In this document: piece after piece, positions 27,615-37,338 of the stretch | Numbering within the stretch: position 1 is the stretch's first letter | Layout of the letters: each line of letters starts with the position of its first letter | Source of the DNA: Ilumatobacteraceae bacterium | Lineage (GTDB): Bacteria; Actinomycetota; Acidimicrobiia; Acidimicrobiales; Ilumatobacteraceae | DNA: 64,000 nucleotides | Assembly (NCBI GenBank): GCA_018401375.1 | Contig: JAGYKR010000005.1 | Span: 59,254-123,253 of the forward strand | Reading direction: 5' to 3' | Notes under the pieces: generated by a model | The model's input: only the letters and a program-made list of their open reading frames with translations | Databases searched by the model: none | What the model was told of the DNA's origin: nothing | Made by a program: the position numbers and the translations under genes

Positions 27615-29098
27615 CACTTGACGATGGCGGTGTCTCGGGCATAGCGGTCGATGCGTTGGGCGGCGAGTTTGCCTGAGACGAGCACCATCGGCACACCCAC
27701 ACCGGGCAGGGTGGACGATCCGGTGAACGCCAATCCGGGAACCTTGGAGTTGATGTTGTTCGGCCGGAATGGTCCGGTCTGCAAGAAGGTGTGTGCGAGC
27801 GCAAACGGGGTGCCGCGCTCCATACCCATCGCCTCCCAGTCCAATGGGTCATACATCTGTTCCACCACGACCTCGGTGGGATATCCGAGATCAGCTACCT
27901 GTCGCCGCAGACGATCAGTTAAGCGGTCGCGCTGGCGAGACCAGTCGATCTTGCCGTCGAGGTTCGGGGTGGGCTCGAGCACATAGATCGAACTGTGGCC
28001 CTCGGGAGCGAGGCTCGAATCATCGAGGGAGTGCAAGGTCACCAAAATCGAAGGGTCGCTCATCATGACCCCTTTGTTAATCAGTTCCTTAAACGATCCC
28101 ACCCAGTCGGCTCCGAAGTGGATGTTGTGATGGGTGGCTTCTGGAGGAGGCGTACCCTTCACTCCCGCTACCCACAACAGACATGACGGCGAGTACAAGC
28201 CGCGCCGCGCCACTCGCGGGGCCTCCACTCCACCGAGCAGGGTCCGATACGCCACGGGGAGATCGAGGTTGCAGACCACCGCATCGGCCTCGAGACGATC
28301 CGAACCACCTAACTCCACGCCCGAAACCGCTCCCGATCCGGTGCGCAGGATCCGAGTGACCGGGGTGTTGTAGCGAAAGGTGACACCTTTAGCCACGAGT
28401 GCATCAGCGAGACCAGCGGCCATTTGATGCATCCCACCCTCGGGGACGTACACGCCTTCCACCGAGTCCATATAGGTGATGACGGCGTAGAGGGCGAGAG
28501 CCTGATACGGGGCAAGACCGGCATACATGGACTGAAAACTGAAGATCTGCTGCAGTCGCGGGTCAGAGAAGAACGAGGCCACCTTCTTGTCCAACTTGCC
28601 GAACCCACCCATTTTCACGAGTTCCAGACCGGCGCGCCAAGGCTTCAACAAATCCAGCGGGGAGTTGAAGTTAGCGTCGATGAAGTTGTCCATCTCTAAC
28701 CGATACAAATCGGTCAGCCATGCACAAAACTTTTCAAAGGCCGCAGCTTCGGTGGAGTTAGAGAACCTTCGGATCTCCTCGGTCATGGCCTCGCGACCGT
28801 GCCGCACCATCAGGGTGGAGCCGTCGGCGTAGACGGCCCGGTACATCGGGTCCACCTTGTTGATCTTCACGTAATCCGACATCTCCACGCCGAGGGCCGT
28901 AAAGGACTCCTCGAGCAGTTGGGGCATGGTCAGCACCGTCGGTCCATTGTCCAGACGGAAACCATCGGACTCGATCATCCCGGCGCGCCCACCGGGGATG
29001 GCCTCGCGCTCGATGATGATCACCTCGTGTCCGCTGCGATGGAGATGCGCTGCGGCCGACAGACCTCCAAGGCCTGCGCCGATCACCACTACTTTCAT
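27611..29098 (-). CDS. crtI: phytoene desaturase
   Basis: 495 aa. MKVVVIGAGLGGLSAAAHL is the FAD-binding motif, with C-terminal FTGSSTLPGVGVPMV. Confidence 0.9.
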   Translation of the reverse strand: MKVVVIGAGLGGLSAAAHLHRSGHEVIIIEREAIPGGRAGMIESDGFRLDNGPTVLTMPQLLEESFTALGVEMSDYVKINKVDPMYRAVYADGSTLMVRHGREAMTEEIRRFSNSTEAAAFEKFCAWLTDLYRLEMDNFIDANFNSPLDLLKPWRAGLELVKMGGFGKLDKKVASFFSDPRLQQIFSFQSMYAGLAPYQALALYAVITYMDSVEGVYVPEGGMHQMAAGLADALVAKGVTFRYNTPVTRILRTGSGAVSGVELGGSDRLEADAVVCNLDLPVAYRTLLGGVEAPRVARRGLYSPSCLLWVAGVKGTPPPEATHHNIHFGADWVGSFKELINKGVMMSDPSILVTLHSLDDSSLAPEGHSSIYVLEPTPNLDGKIDWSRQRDRLTDRLRRQVADLGYPTEVVVEQMYDPLDWEAMGMERGTPFALAHTFLQTGPFRPNNINSKVPGLAFTGSSTLPGVGVPMVLVSGKLAAQRIDRYARDTAIVKW

Positions 29099-30159
29099 CA
29101 GATCTCCCTCCAGGACACATACTGCGCCATCAGTTCCAATTCATGCACAGCTTCTGGGTCCAGGTCCATCTGTCGGAGAGATGTCACAGCCTGTTCGGTC
29201 AAAGAGGTGATGTGAGATTCAAGTTCGGCGAGGGCCCCGGTGTCCACGATCACCTGTTGGATCGACGACACCTCGGCTTCGCCCAGATCTGGCGCACCCA
29301 CTCGTTCGAGCACAGCGAGTTGAGCGGGACTGGCATTCGCGACCGCACGAGCGAGCAGCGGGGTGGGCTTTCCTTCGCGCAGGTCGCCGCCCACCGGTTT
29401 ACCGGTGACGGCCTCATCACCAAAGGCACCCATCACGTCATCGCGCATTTGGAATGCATCACCGAGGGGAAGTCCGTAGCCACTCAATCCATCGAGCAGT
29501 GCGCCATGTCCAGCGGGATCAGCAATCGCAGCGCCGAGATGGAGGGGCCGTTCAATGGTGTACTTACCACTTTTGTATCTGCAGATCCGCTCGGCGGAGA
29601 CCACGTCACGCACCCGCTGCACCGAACCGGCCACATCTAAGAACTGGCCAATGTTGAGCTCCACGCGCAGTTCGTTCCAGATTCGCCACGCCTCAGGCGG
29701 AGCGGTTTCAAGCAACAGATCGGCATACACGAAAGCGAGATCACCTACGAGGATCGCCACCCCTTCACCGAAGCGGCGGGACTCGCCGGCCCAACCGGCC
29801 TCAGCGTGTTCCTTAGCGAACACCGTATGTGTGGTGGGTGCGCCGCGACGGCTGTCCGCATCGTCCATCACATCGTCGTGAAATAACGCGAATGCGTGCA
29901 TGAGCTCAAAGGCGGCACCTGCATCGACGATGCGTTGATCTGCGGGGTCCCCACCAGCGCCGATAAAACCCCAGTGACAAAAGGCGGGACGTAGACGTTT
30001 GCCTCCCGCCATCACCAATCTGCGGATCTCGGTAATCGGTCGAATCAGATCCGCCGACATCTCCCCCCAACGTTGCTCCTCGGCGGCCAGTAAGGCGTCG
30101 AGGCGCTGATCCACCCGATGGGCGATCCCTCGAAGGCTCTGTGGTGGTTCGGCGGGCAC
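29098..30159 (-). CDS. crtE: polyprenyl (geranylgeranyl) diphosphate synthase
   Basis: 353 aa. FARM is FHDDVMDDADSRRG and SARM is FQMRDDVMG. GTG start. The stop overlaps the crtI start. Confidence 0.85.
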   Translation of the reverse strand: MPAEPPQSLRGIAHRVDQRLDALLAAEEQRWGEMSADLIRPITEIRRLVMAGGKRLRPAFCHWGFIGAGGDPADQRIVDAGAAFELMHAFALFHDDVMDDADSRRGAPTTHTVFAKEHAEAGWAGESRRFGEGVAILVGDLAFVYADLLLETAPPEAWRIWNELRVELNIGQFLDVAGSVQRVRDVVSAERICRYKSGKYTIERPLHLGAAIADPAGHGALLDGLSGYGLPLGDAFQMRDDVMGAFGDEAVTGKPVGGDLREGKPTPLLARAVANASPAQLAVLERVGAPDLGEAEVSSIQQVIVDTGALAELESHITSLTEQAVTSLRQMDLDPEAVHELELMAQYVSWREI

Positions 30160-30198
30160 GCTCAGAGACTAGGCGGATCCGGCCAAGACACCTCGCCA

Positions 30199-30282
30199 TC
30201 CGGGTTGACGTCCGGGTTGACGTCCGGGTTGAAGTCCGGGTTGTAATCAGGGTTGCGGCCCGGGTTGTAATCAGGGTGTGAG
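30199..30282. repeat. 12-nt tandem repeat array, 7 degenerate units
   Basis: Units are TCCGGGTTGACG x2, TCCGGGTTGAAG, TCCGGGTTGTAA, TCAGGGTTGCGG, CCCGGGTTGTAA and TCAGGGTGTGAG. The array fills most of the xseB-crtE spacer, and the last unit includes the xseB stop. Confidence 0.9.
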
Positions 30283-30486
30283 TTCGGTGCCCGTGAGATC
30301 CTGAATCTGCAATCGGGCAGCCTCGATCCGCTCCCGACAGGCCAGGATCAACAGGTTCGCTCGAGCGACCCGTTCGGCGAGGCGATCCACATCCACATCG
30401 GCTGAATCCAGTTCACGCAGAATCTGATCGAGTTCGGCGAGCGCTTCGGCGTAACCGATGGGAGCGCTATCGGGATTCTCAGCCAT
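30271..30486 (-). CDS. xseB: exodeoxyribonuclease VII small subunit
   Basis: 71 aa. YAEALAELDQILRELDS...RLAERVARANLLILACRERIE. Confidence 0.9.
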   Translation of the reverse strand: MAENPDSAPIGYAEALAELDQILRELDSADVDVDRLAERVARANLLILACRERIEAARLQIQDLTGTELTP

Positions 30487-31723
30487 CTCTTGACTCCTTT
30501 TGTGTTGCGGGCCCTACAGCGGTCACCGTGGACCCGATCTGTCCATCAGCCAGAATTGTGAGCAATTCATCACCAGTTGTGACCTGATCCACCGATCGCA
30601 CAGCCCGGCCATCGGAACCCCGTGTGATGGACCAGCCCCGAGCCAACATGACGGCGGGGTCATGGGACCGAATCCGTGCCTCCACGGTGTCGAGTCGTAG
30701 ACCGGTCCGCTCGATGATCCGTTGGGAACGGTTCCGCAGTTCGATCTCAGCGGCATCCACCCGAGTGGAAACGGTCAGGGCACGGTCTGCAGCGAGCAGA
30801 ATCCGCCTCCACCGATCCTCCATCGCACCGACAAATTCCTGCACCCGTTGGATCAAAAAGCCCGCGCAGGCGGTCGGCGTCTTGAGCGCCGTATGCGCTA
30901 CCTCATCGGCCACCGACCGGTCCACCTCGTGTCCGATCCCGGTGATCACCGGATGCTGGCAATGCGCGATCGCTAGGGCGATCTCGCGTTCGTCAAAGGT
31001 GGCGAGCTCATTGCGGGCGCCACCACCGCGCATCACGAGGACCACATCGATGTCGGTGCGCTCTGAGAGTTCAGCGATCGCCGCAGTCACCATCGGCACC
31101 GCATCTTCGCCCTGGACCCGGGCGTCCACTGCGGTCACCACAAAGCCGAGGCCTGATCGATCGAGTTCGGAAATGAAGTCGTGCCAGGCCGCTGAGCCCA
31201 CACTGGTTACCACCCCGAGCCGTAAGGGGACCGGAGACAGTGGTCGCTTGGCGTTTGCGTCGAGTAATCCGGCCACCGTGAGATCACGGATCACCGCATC
31301 GCGAGCGAGAGCGATTTCTCCGAGGGTAAACCGTGGATCGAGATCAGACATCTTCAGTCCGAGTCGGCCCCCTTGAGCCCAAAAGTCCAGTTGCCCGCAG
31401 ATCCGAACCCCGATCCCGTCAGCTAAAGCCAACCGGTTTGATTCCAGCATCGGCCGGAGCCGGTTCCGCACGGGTGCGAACAACTGCACGCTGAGCACCG
31501 CCGGGTTCGGGCCTGAAGTGTCCGCCAGCGTGAAGTAGGCGTGGGCTCCCGATACTCGATATCCCTGGATCTCGCCGCGCACCCAAACCTGATCGCCGAG
31601 TCCGCTGCGCAGTGCCCGATTAATCCGAGCGGCCAGTTCTGTGACGGTGTAGGTGACCTGTTCGTTCTGTCCCTCAGCGTCACCGTTCATACGTGCGGCG
31701 CTATCAGACCCACGGTCGATCAC
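30479..31723 (-). CDS. xseA: exodeoxyribonuclease VII large subunit
   Basis: 414 aa. OB-fold N-terminus (VWVRGEIQGYRVSGAHAYFTLAD) followed by VVTSVGSAAWHDF and RGGGARNELATFD. Confidence 0.9.
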   Translation of the reverse strand: MIDRGSDSAARMNGDAEGQNEQVTYTVTELAARINRALRSGLGDQVWVRGEIQGYRVSGAHAYFTLADTSGPNPAVLSVQLFAPVRNRLRPMLESNRLALADGIGVRICGQLDFWAQGGRLGLKMSDLDPRFTLGEIALARDAVIRDLTVAGLLDANAKRPLSPVPLRLGVVTSVGSAAWHDFISELDRSGLGFVVTAVDARVQGEDAVPMVTAAIAELSERTDIDVVLVMRGGGARNELATFDEREIALAIAHCQHPVITGIGHEVDRSVADEVAHTALKTPTACAGFLIQRVQEFVGAMEDRWRRILLAADRALTVSTRVDAAEIELRNRSQRIIERTGLRLDTVEARIRSHDPAVMLARGWSITRGSDGRAVRSVDQVTTGDELLTILADGQIGSTVTAVGPATQKESRDG

Positions 31724-31901
31724 GACGGACCGGCAGCGGCACTGACCACCAACGCCCCGAGAACCTCCATGAGGATCGCCGTGCCGGGGTGGTAACGGCC
31801 CGCACCATCGGACGGGGCCACAACGCCTCGGTGGCCGCGACGATGGCGGCGGCCTCTGCGTCTGTGGGGGCCGGACTGATATGTAGGTTCTCGGTGCTCA
31901 T
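31704..31901 (-). CDS. acyl-CoA carboxylase epsilon subunit
   Basis: 65 aa. [17 protein letters not shown]...[11 protein letters not shown] is typical of actinobacterial AccE/PccE. Its ATG overlaps the pccB TGA. Confidence 0.7.
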   Translation of the reverse strand: MSTENLHISPAPTDAEAAAIVAATEALWPRPMVRAVTTPARRSSWRFSGRWWSVPLPVRRDRPWV

Positions 31902-33475
31902 AGCGGCATGTTTCCGTGCTTACGGCGCGGCAACTCTTCGCGCTTGGTCCGCAACATCTCCAGACCCGCAATGATCTTGATCCGGGTCTCGGCCGGGTCA
32001 ATCACGTCGTCCACGTAACCGCGCTCCGCAGCCGCGTAGGGATTCGCATACTTGTCGGTGTACTCCGCTACCAGTTCGGCTCTGCGGGCGGCCGGATCAT
32101 TGGCTTCGGCGAGCTCACGGCGGTACACGATCTCCACCGCACCTTGAGGACCCATCACCGCAAGCTCAGCTGTGGGCCAGGCAAAGGCCAGGTCCGCACC
32201 GATGGACTTGGAGTTCATCACCACATACGCCCCGCCGTAGGCCTTGCGGGTGATGATCTGGATCCGCGGCACCGTTGCCTCACAAAACGCATACAACAAT
32301 TTGGCGCCGTGGCGGATGATTCCGCCGTACTCCTGATCCACGCCGGGCAGGAAGCCAGGAACGTCCACGAAGGTGATCAGCGGGATGTTGAAAGCGTCGC
32401 AGGTCCGCACAAAGCGGGCCGCCTTTTCAGCGGATTCGATGTCGAGTACTCCGGCCAAAATCATCGGCTGGTTACCCACCACACCGACGGGACGACCATC
32501 TATCCGGGCAAAACCGCAGACGATGGACTTCGCCCAATACGGGAAGTACTCGAAGAACTCTCCGTCATCCACCACAGCCGAGATGACCTTGTGCATGTCA
32601 TAGGGCATGTTCGGGCTCGCCGGCAACAGGTCGCGCAGCTCCGGGCAGAGACGGGCGGGGTCGTCATCGCTCTCCACCACCGGCGGCTCCTCCAAGTTGT
32701 TGGAGGGCAGATAGGACAAAAGGAACCGAACCTCATCGAGGCAGGTCTTTTCGTCGGGGGCCACGAAGGTGGCCACACCGGACTTGGAGGCGTGGCTCAT
32801 GGCGCCGCCGAGTTCCTCCAAGGTCACGTCTTCACCGGTCACGGTTTTGACCACGTCGGGCCCTGTGATGAACATGTGCGAGGACTCCGCCACCATGAAG
32901 ATGAAGTCGGTCATCGCCGGGGAGTAGACCGCACCTCCGGCGCAGGGTCCAAGGATCACCGAGATCTGTGGCACGACCCCAGAGGACCTGACGTTGCGGT
33001 GGAAGATGCCGCCGTAACTCGCGAGTGAAACCACACCTTCTTGGATGCGCGCTCCGGCCCCATCGTTGAGACCGACCACCGGGGCGCCCACCTTGAGGGC
33101 GAGATCCATCATCTTGTGGATCTTCTCGGCAAACACCTCGCCGAGCGCTCCACCAAACACGGTGAAGTCTTGGGAGAACACGAACACCTTGCGGCCGTCC
33201 ACCGTTCCCCACCCGGTAATCACACCGTCGGTGTAGGGGCGCTCTTCAAGTCCGGAGACATGAGCCCGATGCCGGGCGAGCAGATCGAGTTCGTGGAAAC
33301 TCCCCGGATCCAGCAGATAGTCGATCCGCTCGCGGGCCAGCATCTTGCCTTTGGCATGCTGGCGCTCCACCGAGCGCGCAGAGCCCGCATTGTGGGCCTG
33401 TTCACGCCGGGCCTGCAGATCGTCAAGTTTGTCCTGCATCGGATTCGTCACGGTTAAGGACGCTAGTGGGTCCAC
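31898..33475 (-). CDS. pccB: propionyl-/acyl-CoA carboxylase carboxyltransferase (beta) subunit
   Basis: 525 aa. Contains [44 protein letters not shown] and [13 protein letters not shown]. Confidence 0.9.
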   Translation of the reverse strand: MDPLASLTVTNPMQDKLDDLQARREQAHNAGSARSVERQHAKGKMLARERIDYLLDPGSFHELDLLARHRAHVSGLEERPYTDGVITGWGTVDGRKVFVFSQDFTVFGGALGEVFAEKIHKMMDLALKVGAPVVGLNDGAGARIQEGVVSLASYGGIFHRNVRSSGVVPQISVILGPCAGGAVYSPAMTDFIFMVAESSHMFITGPDVVKTVTGEDVTLEELGGAMSHASKSGVATFVAPDEKTCLDEVRFLLSYLPSNNLEEPPVVESDDDPARLCPELRDLLPASPNMPYDMHKVISAVVDDGEFFEYFPYWAKSIVCGFARIDGRPVGVVGNQPMILAGVLDIESAEKAARFVRTCDAFNIPLITFVDVPGFLPGVDQEYGGIIRHGAKLLYAFCEATVPRIQIITRKAYGGAYVVMNSKSIGADLAFAWPTAELAVMGPQGAVEIVYRRELAEANDPAARRAELVAEYTDKYANPYAAAERGYVDDVIDPAETRIKIIAGLEMLRTKREELPRRKHGNMPL

Positions 33476-33506
33476 CCCGGTCCGGGCTCAATCCCGGCAG
33501 ATCCTC

Positions 33507-35357
33507 TCAGTCGGCCGGTTCGGCTACGAGGAATGTGGTGGTGGCCTCGCTCAGTGTTCCTGCCCGGGTGATCCCACTCAACTGCAGGGTCCACTGCCCG
33601 GCCACATCAAAGGGCAAGCCATCGCTCTGATCGAGCAATGCCACCCCGACACCGCTGAGCGGGATCGCCTGTTCGATGATCCGGGCCTCGGTCCCGGGAG
33701 GCGGAATGAACACCAACCGCAGATCGCTGATCCCGATGGCCGGGGCGGTGACGAGCACCCGAATCCCATTCGGCCCCACCTCGGCAGGCCGGATCAGCAC
33801 CCGCACATCAAGTTCGGATCCCCGGTCCACGAACTGCCGCTCCACGGCGTAGGTGATCTGTGGAACCAACTGAGGTGGGGTGAGGCTGACCAGCCATCCG
33901 CTCATCGCCAGCACGAACACCCCAACCGTCGCCTCCACCCCGAATGCTCGGCGGAAACGGGCCGCATGACCCACCGTGAGACCGCGGGCGCGCCGCAACC
34001 GCGCTGCGACCACCTGACGGGTGGCGATCGCTAGGAACACCATCGCCGCCACAGCAGCCGTCTTGGCTAAGAGCACCTGGCCGTGGCCCGAAGTGAACAG
34101 TTGGCCACCGTCAAGACGAACCATCTGGGCCACGCCGGTCACGATCGTCACCAAAATCGCCGGCATCGACACCTTGTTAAAAGCCCGAATCGCATCCACA
34201 AGATCGGAGTCGCCCGGCCCTGAAGCCACCACCCGAGTGATGATCAAGGCCCCGCCAAACCACACTGCAGCGGCCGCCGCATGCGTGATTGACAGCACGA
34301 TCCCGATCGGGGCCAAACTGCCACCAATACGACTAAGCCCCACCATCACCAACGCCAAAGTTGGGAGTGCCACAGCCACCAACTGCGTGGCCGGATCGAT
34401 GAGTCGTTCCGGACGCCAGATCGCCCACACGCTGGCGGCCACCAATACGAGACGCATCAATGCGAAACGATCGGTCCACCCACCTTCGGCCAGGTCCAGC
34501 CAGGTGGCCGGATTCAGCGCAGCCCCAAACGATATTTCGGTCGCAGCGGCCACGGTGGAGACAACAAAGATCACGGTCCCAACCAGCGCCACTAGCCACA
34601 ATGACTGTAGGTAGCGCCGGGTCAGCACATATTCCGGACCCTCTGGCCACGCCAGACCAATCACGGCGATCGCTCCGAATAAGGCCAGGATCGCAGTGGT
34701 GGAGATCACCCGTCCGAACCACGACGCCCCCGCCACACCGCCAGAGGAATCCTGCGCCTGCGCTCTGGCACCCGTGGGCAAGTTGCTGGAGTCTGTCGCT
34801 GTGCCACCACCGGTAGGGGCGGTGGGTTGACTCACCGGCGAAGAGGACACCGAAAAGGTGATCAATCCCCCTGCCACCGGCTGATTGAGGCCGTCTCGCA
34901 GCCCCCATGAGATGGTGCAGGCTCCGCGGGGGAAGGGGGTCAACACGTCCACGGTCACGCTCAGACGATCAGCGGACACCTCGGGGACCCCGATGCGCTG
35001 TGGCACCGAGCCACAGGCCACCGGGGCGGTCAACGTGTCGTCGTTACCCAGACGCTCAGCGAAAGTGAAAACCATTTCCACTGGCGAGGTAGCCAGAGTG
35101 GCGCCGTCTGTCGGCTCAGAATCCACAAGCGAATTGCTCGGCAGCGATTGGGCAGCAGCCGTGGATGACCCGAACAGCGAGAATCCGGACCCCGAAGAGC
35201 TGCCCCCCGAAAGACCCACCCATGCGAGCCCGGCTATCGCACACCCGGCCACTGCGATGACGGCCTTCATGAGGACGGCGACGGGGGGTTTGGTCGCGGC
35301 GGAACCCCGCTGCGTAGGGCTCGTCATCGCCCCGAGAAGCCGTCGATTAAGAATCAT
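33507..35357 (-). CDS. CopC-CopD fusion family membrane protein (copper resistance-like)
   Basis: A signal/TM segment, then a CopC-like Ig domain (LVDSEPTDGATLATSPVEMVFTF), about 8 TM helices (CopD) and a C-terminal beta-domain. The start is trimmed to MILNRRLL to avoid overlapping the dnaX start. No His precedes the CopC motif. Confidence 0.7.
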   Translation of the reverse strand: MILNRRLLGAMTSPTQRGSAATKPPVAVLMKAVIAVAGCAIAGLAWVGLSGGSSSGSGFSLFGSSTAAAQSLPSNSLVDSEPTDGATLATSPVEMVFTFAERLGNDDTLTAPVACGSVPQRIGVPEVSADRLSVTVDVLTPFPRGACTISWGLRDGLNQPVAGGLITFSVSSSPVSQPTAPTGGGTATDSSNLPTGARAQAQDSSGGVAGASWFGRVISTTAILALFGAIAVIGLAWPEGPEYVLTRRYLQSLWLVALVGTVIFVVSTVAAATEISFGAALNPATWLDLAEGGWTDRFALMRLVLVAASVWAIWRPERLIDPATQLVAVALPTLALVMVGLSRIGGSLAPIGIVLSITHAAAAAVWFGGALIITRVVASGPGDSDLVDAIRAFNKVSMPAILVTIVTGVAQMVRLDGGQLFTSGHGQVLLAKTAAVAAMVFLAIATRQVVAARLRRARGLTVGHAARFRRAFGVEATVGVFVLAMSGWLVSLTPPQLVPQITYAVERQFVDRGSELDVRVLIRPAEVGPNGIRVLVTAPAIGISDLRLVFIPPPGTEARIIEQAIPLSGVGVALLDQSDGLPFDVAGQWTLQLSGITRAGTLSEATTTFLVAEPAD

Positions 35358-35415
35358 CTTTCCCCACGGTAGCCAGCGACATGCCCACCGAAGGAGGATC
35401 GCTAGGCTGAGCCCA

Positions 35416-37314
35416 ATGGCCACCCAGTCCCTTTACCGTCGCTACCGACCGCGACGGTTCTCCGAATTGAAGGGTCAGGACCACATCGTGCGAGCGTTGC
35501 GCGATGCAGTCCGCTCCGGGCGCGAGGGTCAGGCCTACCTTTTCTCCGGGCCCCGCGGTACCGGTAAGACCTCCTCGGCGCGGATTTTGGCCAAGGTACT
35601 CAACTGCGAGGCACCCGAAGATGGCGAGCCCTGTTGCACCTGCGGGTCATGTCTGGCTGTGGAACAAGGCACGAGTTACGACGTCCACGAACTCGACGCC
35701 GCCAGTAACAACGGCGTGGATGCGATCCGCGACCTCGTAGAGAAGGCCTCGCTCGGGACCCCCGGCCGCCACAAGGTGTACATCTTGGACGAGGCCCACA
35801 TGCTCTCCAAGGCGGCCTCAGCCGCACTGCTCAAAACCCTCGAGGAGCCGCCCTCTCACGTGGTCTTCGTGTTAGCCACCACCGACCCGCAAAAGATTTC
35901 TGACACCATTCGATCGCGCACCCAGCATTTGCAGTTCCACCTGCTGCCCGCCGACACTCTGGGCGAGCATGTGCGCTGGGTGGCAGCGGATGCTGGGCTC
36001 GAACTTTCCGAACAGGCCATCGATGCCGTCATCGTCCAGGGTGCGGGTTCGGCTCGCGACACTTTGAGCGCCCTGGAGCTGATGGCAGCAACGGGCGGTG
36101 AGGTCACAGATCATCTCGATCTGGGTCCGATCCTGCGAGCGCTCACCGACTCCGAACCCGGGGTGGCATTGACTGCGGTGGCCGAAGCGGTGCGCGCCGG
36201 ATACGAGCCACGCTCAATCGCTGAATCCTTAATCGCCCATCTACGCGACTGCTTCTTAGCGTTGATGGCACCCGATCTCGTGATGCTGCCGCGCCAACGA
36301 GTGGACGAGATCGTGGCGGTGGCCGAACAGATGGGGGTGGCAACCATCGTGCGCGCCATCGAACGTCTCGGCACGGCGCTGATGGAACTCCGCCACGCCC
36401 CCGACCCACGGGTCCTCCTCGAGGTGGCGCTCGTTCATCTCACCCATCCCCATTCCGGGGATGACCTCGGTGCGGTGGTCTCACGGCTGGAAAGACTCGA
36501 GCAGGCGGTGCGCACCGGTGCTGGATCTGCCGGTGCTGGATCTACGAGCCAGGCAGCCCGGCCGAACCTCCCTCCGGCCAAGGTGAACCCCGAAACCGGT
36601 AGAGCGGTGGTCGGAGGACGAGCTCGCGCCACAGCCGCTGCCCCAGCACCGGTCAGCGAGCAGGATTCGGTCATTGGGCAGGACGCAACGATTACCGACA
36701 CCGCGTTGGACATCAATGAAGGCGACAAAAACCCGGCAGATGTTAGGGAGCCAGCCACGCAGGTTGAGTCGGCACCGATCTCTCCTCCCGCCGAAGGAGT
36801 GCGCACTGATACTCCCGACGAAATCTGGGAACAGCAGGTCCGACCACACCTCAAGCCCTTTGTCCGAGCGCTCTATTCCGCCGGAACTTTCACCCGTCAC
36901 GACATCGCCGCCGATCGCACCAGTGATTGGCATTTCTCGGTGCCCAATCCCCAACACGGGGACAAGTGTGAAGAGCACCGTTTGGCAGTGGAGGCTGCGC
37001 TCAGCGCGGCCTGGGGTGCATCGGTGCGGGTGACGATCAGCGTCGGTGGCACGCAGCGTGGCGGTCGTGATGTCACCGGTCAGATCCCACGTTCCCCATT
37101 CACGGACAACGAATCCTCCGATGACTCCCGAGGTGCGCCGAGGAAAGCCCCCGGTGACTCGCCCAAGACCGCAAAGGCAAACACCGAGGCCGAAGAGGCG
37201 GAGATTGATCTCAGTGACCTTGTGGACGCCCCTCCGGAATCGGTAGTGAGTCCCGTGGATCGTTTAGCTCAAGCCTTTCCCGGTGCCGAACTCATCGAGG
37301 ATCCTGACCGTTGA
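35416..37314 (+). CDS. dnaX: DNA polymerase III subunits gamma/tau
   Basis: Trimmed to MATQSLYRRYRPRRFSELKGQDHIV. Walker A is GPRGTGKTS, the zinc module is CCTCGSC, followed by YILDEAHMLS. The C-terminus is low-complexity. Confidence 0.9.
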   Translation: MATQSLYRRYRPRRFSELKGQDHIVRALRDAVRSGREGQAYLFSGPRGTGKTSSARILAKVLNCEAPEDGEPCCTCGSCLAVEQGTSYDVHELDAASNNGVDAIRDLVEKASLGTPGRHKVYILDEAHMLSKAASAALLKTLEEPPSHVVFVLATTDPQKISDTIRSRTQHLQFHLLPADTLGEHVRWVAADAGLELSEQAIDAVIVQGAGSARDTLSALELMAATGGEVTDHLDLGPILRALTDSEPGVALTAVAEAVRAGYEPRSIAESLIAHLRDCFLALMAPDLVMLPRQRVDEIVAVAEQMGVATIVRAIERLGTALMELRHAPDPRVLLEVALVHLTHPHSGDDLGAVVSRLERLEQAVRTGAGSAGAGSTSQAARPNLPPAKVNPETGRAVVGGRARATAAAPAPVSEQDSVIGQDATITDTALDINEGDKNPADVREPATQVESAPISPPAEGVRTDTPDEIWEQQVRPHLKPFVRALYSAGTFTRHDIAADRTSDWHFSVPNPQHGDKCEEHRLAVEAALSAAWGASVRVTISVGGTQRGGRDVTGQIPRSPFTDNESSDDSRGAPRKAPGDSPKTAKANTEAEEAEIDLSDLVDAPPESVVSPVDRLAQAFPGAELIEDPDR

Positions 37315-37338
37315 TCGTGACCGTTGATCGTGACTGAT
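37306..37338. repeat. 13-nt direct duplication at the dnaX 3' end
   Basis: GACCGTTGATCGT appears twice, followed by GACTGAT. The first copy contains the dnaX TGA. Confidence 0.85.

Noticed and set aside
30199-30282. Considered whether the tandem repeats at 30199-30282, 27580-27614 or 37306-37338 could be CRISPR arrays.
   Set aside because: The units are 12-14 nt and directly abutting with no spacers, and there are no cas genes. They are simple tandem duplications.
35358-35415. Looked for an SRP (4.5S) RNA gene upstream of dnaX and for a programmed A-AAA-AAG frameshift site within dnaX.
   Set aside because: The upstream region is occupied by the divergent CopCD gene and has no SRP-like conserved hairpin. 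No slippery heptamer is present in dnaX.
35357-35423. The longest-ORF start of the CopCD gene (35423), which would overlap the divergent dnaX start, together with similar over-extended starts for the peptidase S51-like gene, crtD, cruF, msrA, mnhB, crtZ and tadA.
   Set aside because: The ORF track takes the most upstream ATG/GTG/TTG. Internal starts that abut or overlap the neighbouring stop, or that give canonical N-termini, were preferred. Exact starts remain unverified.
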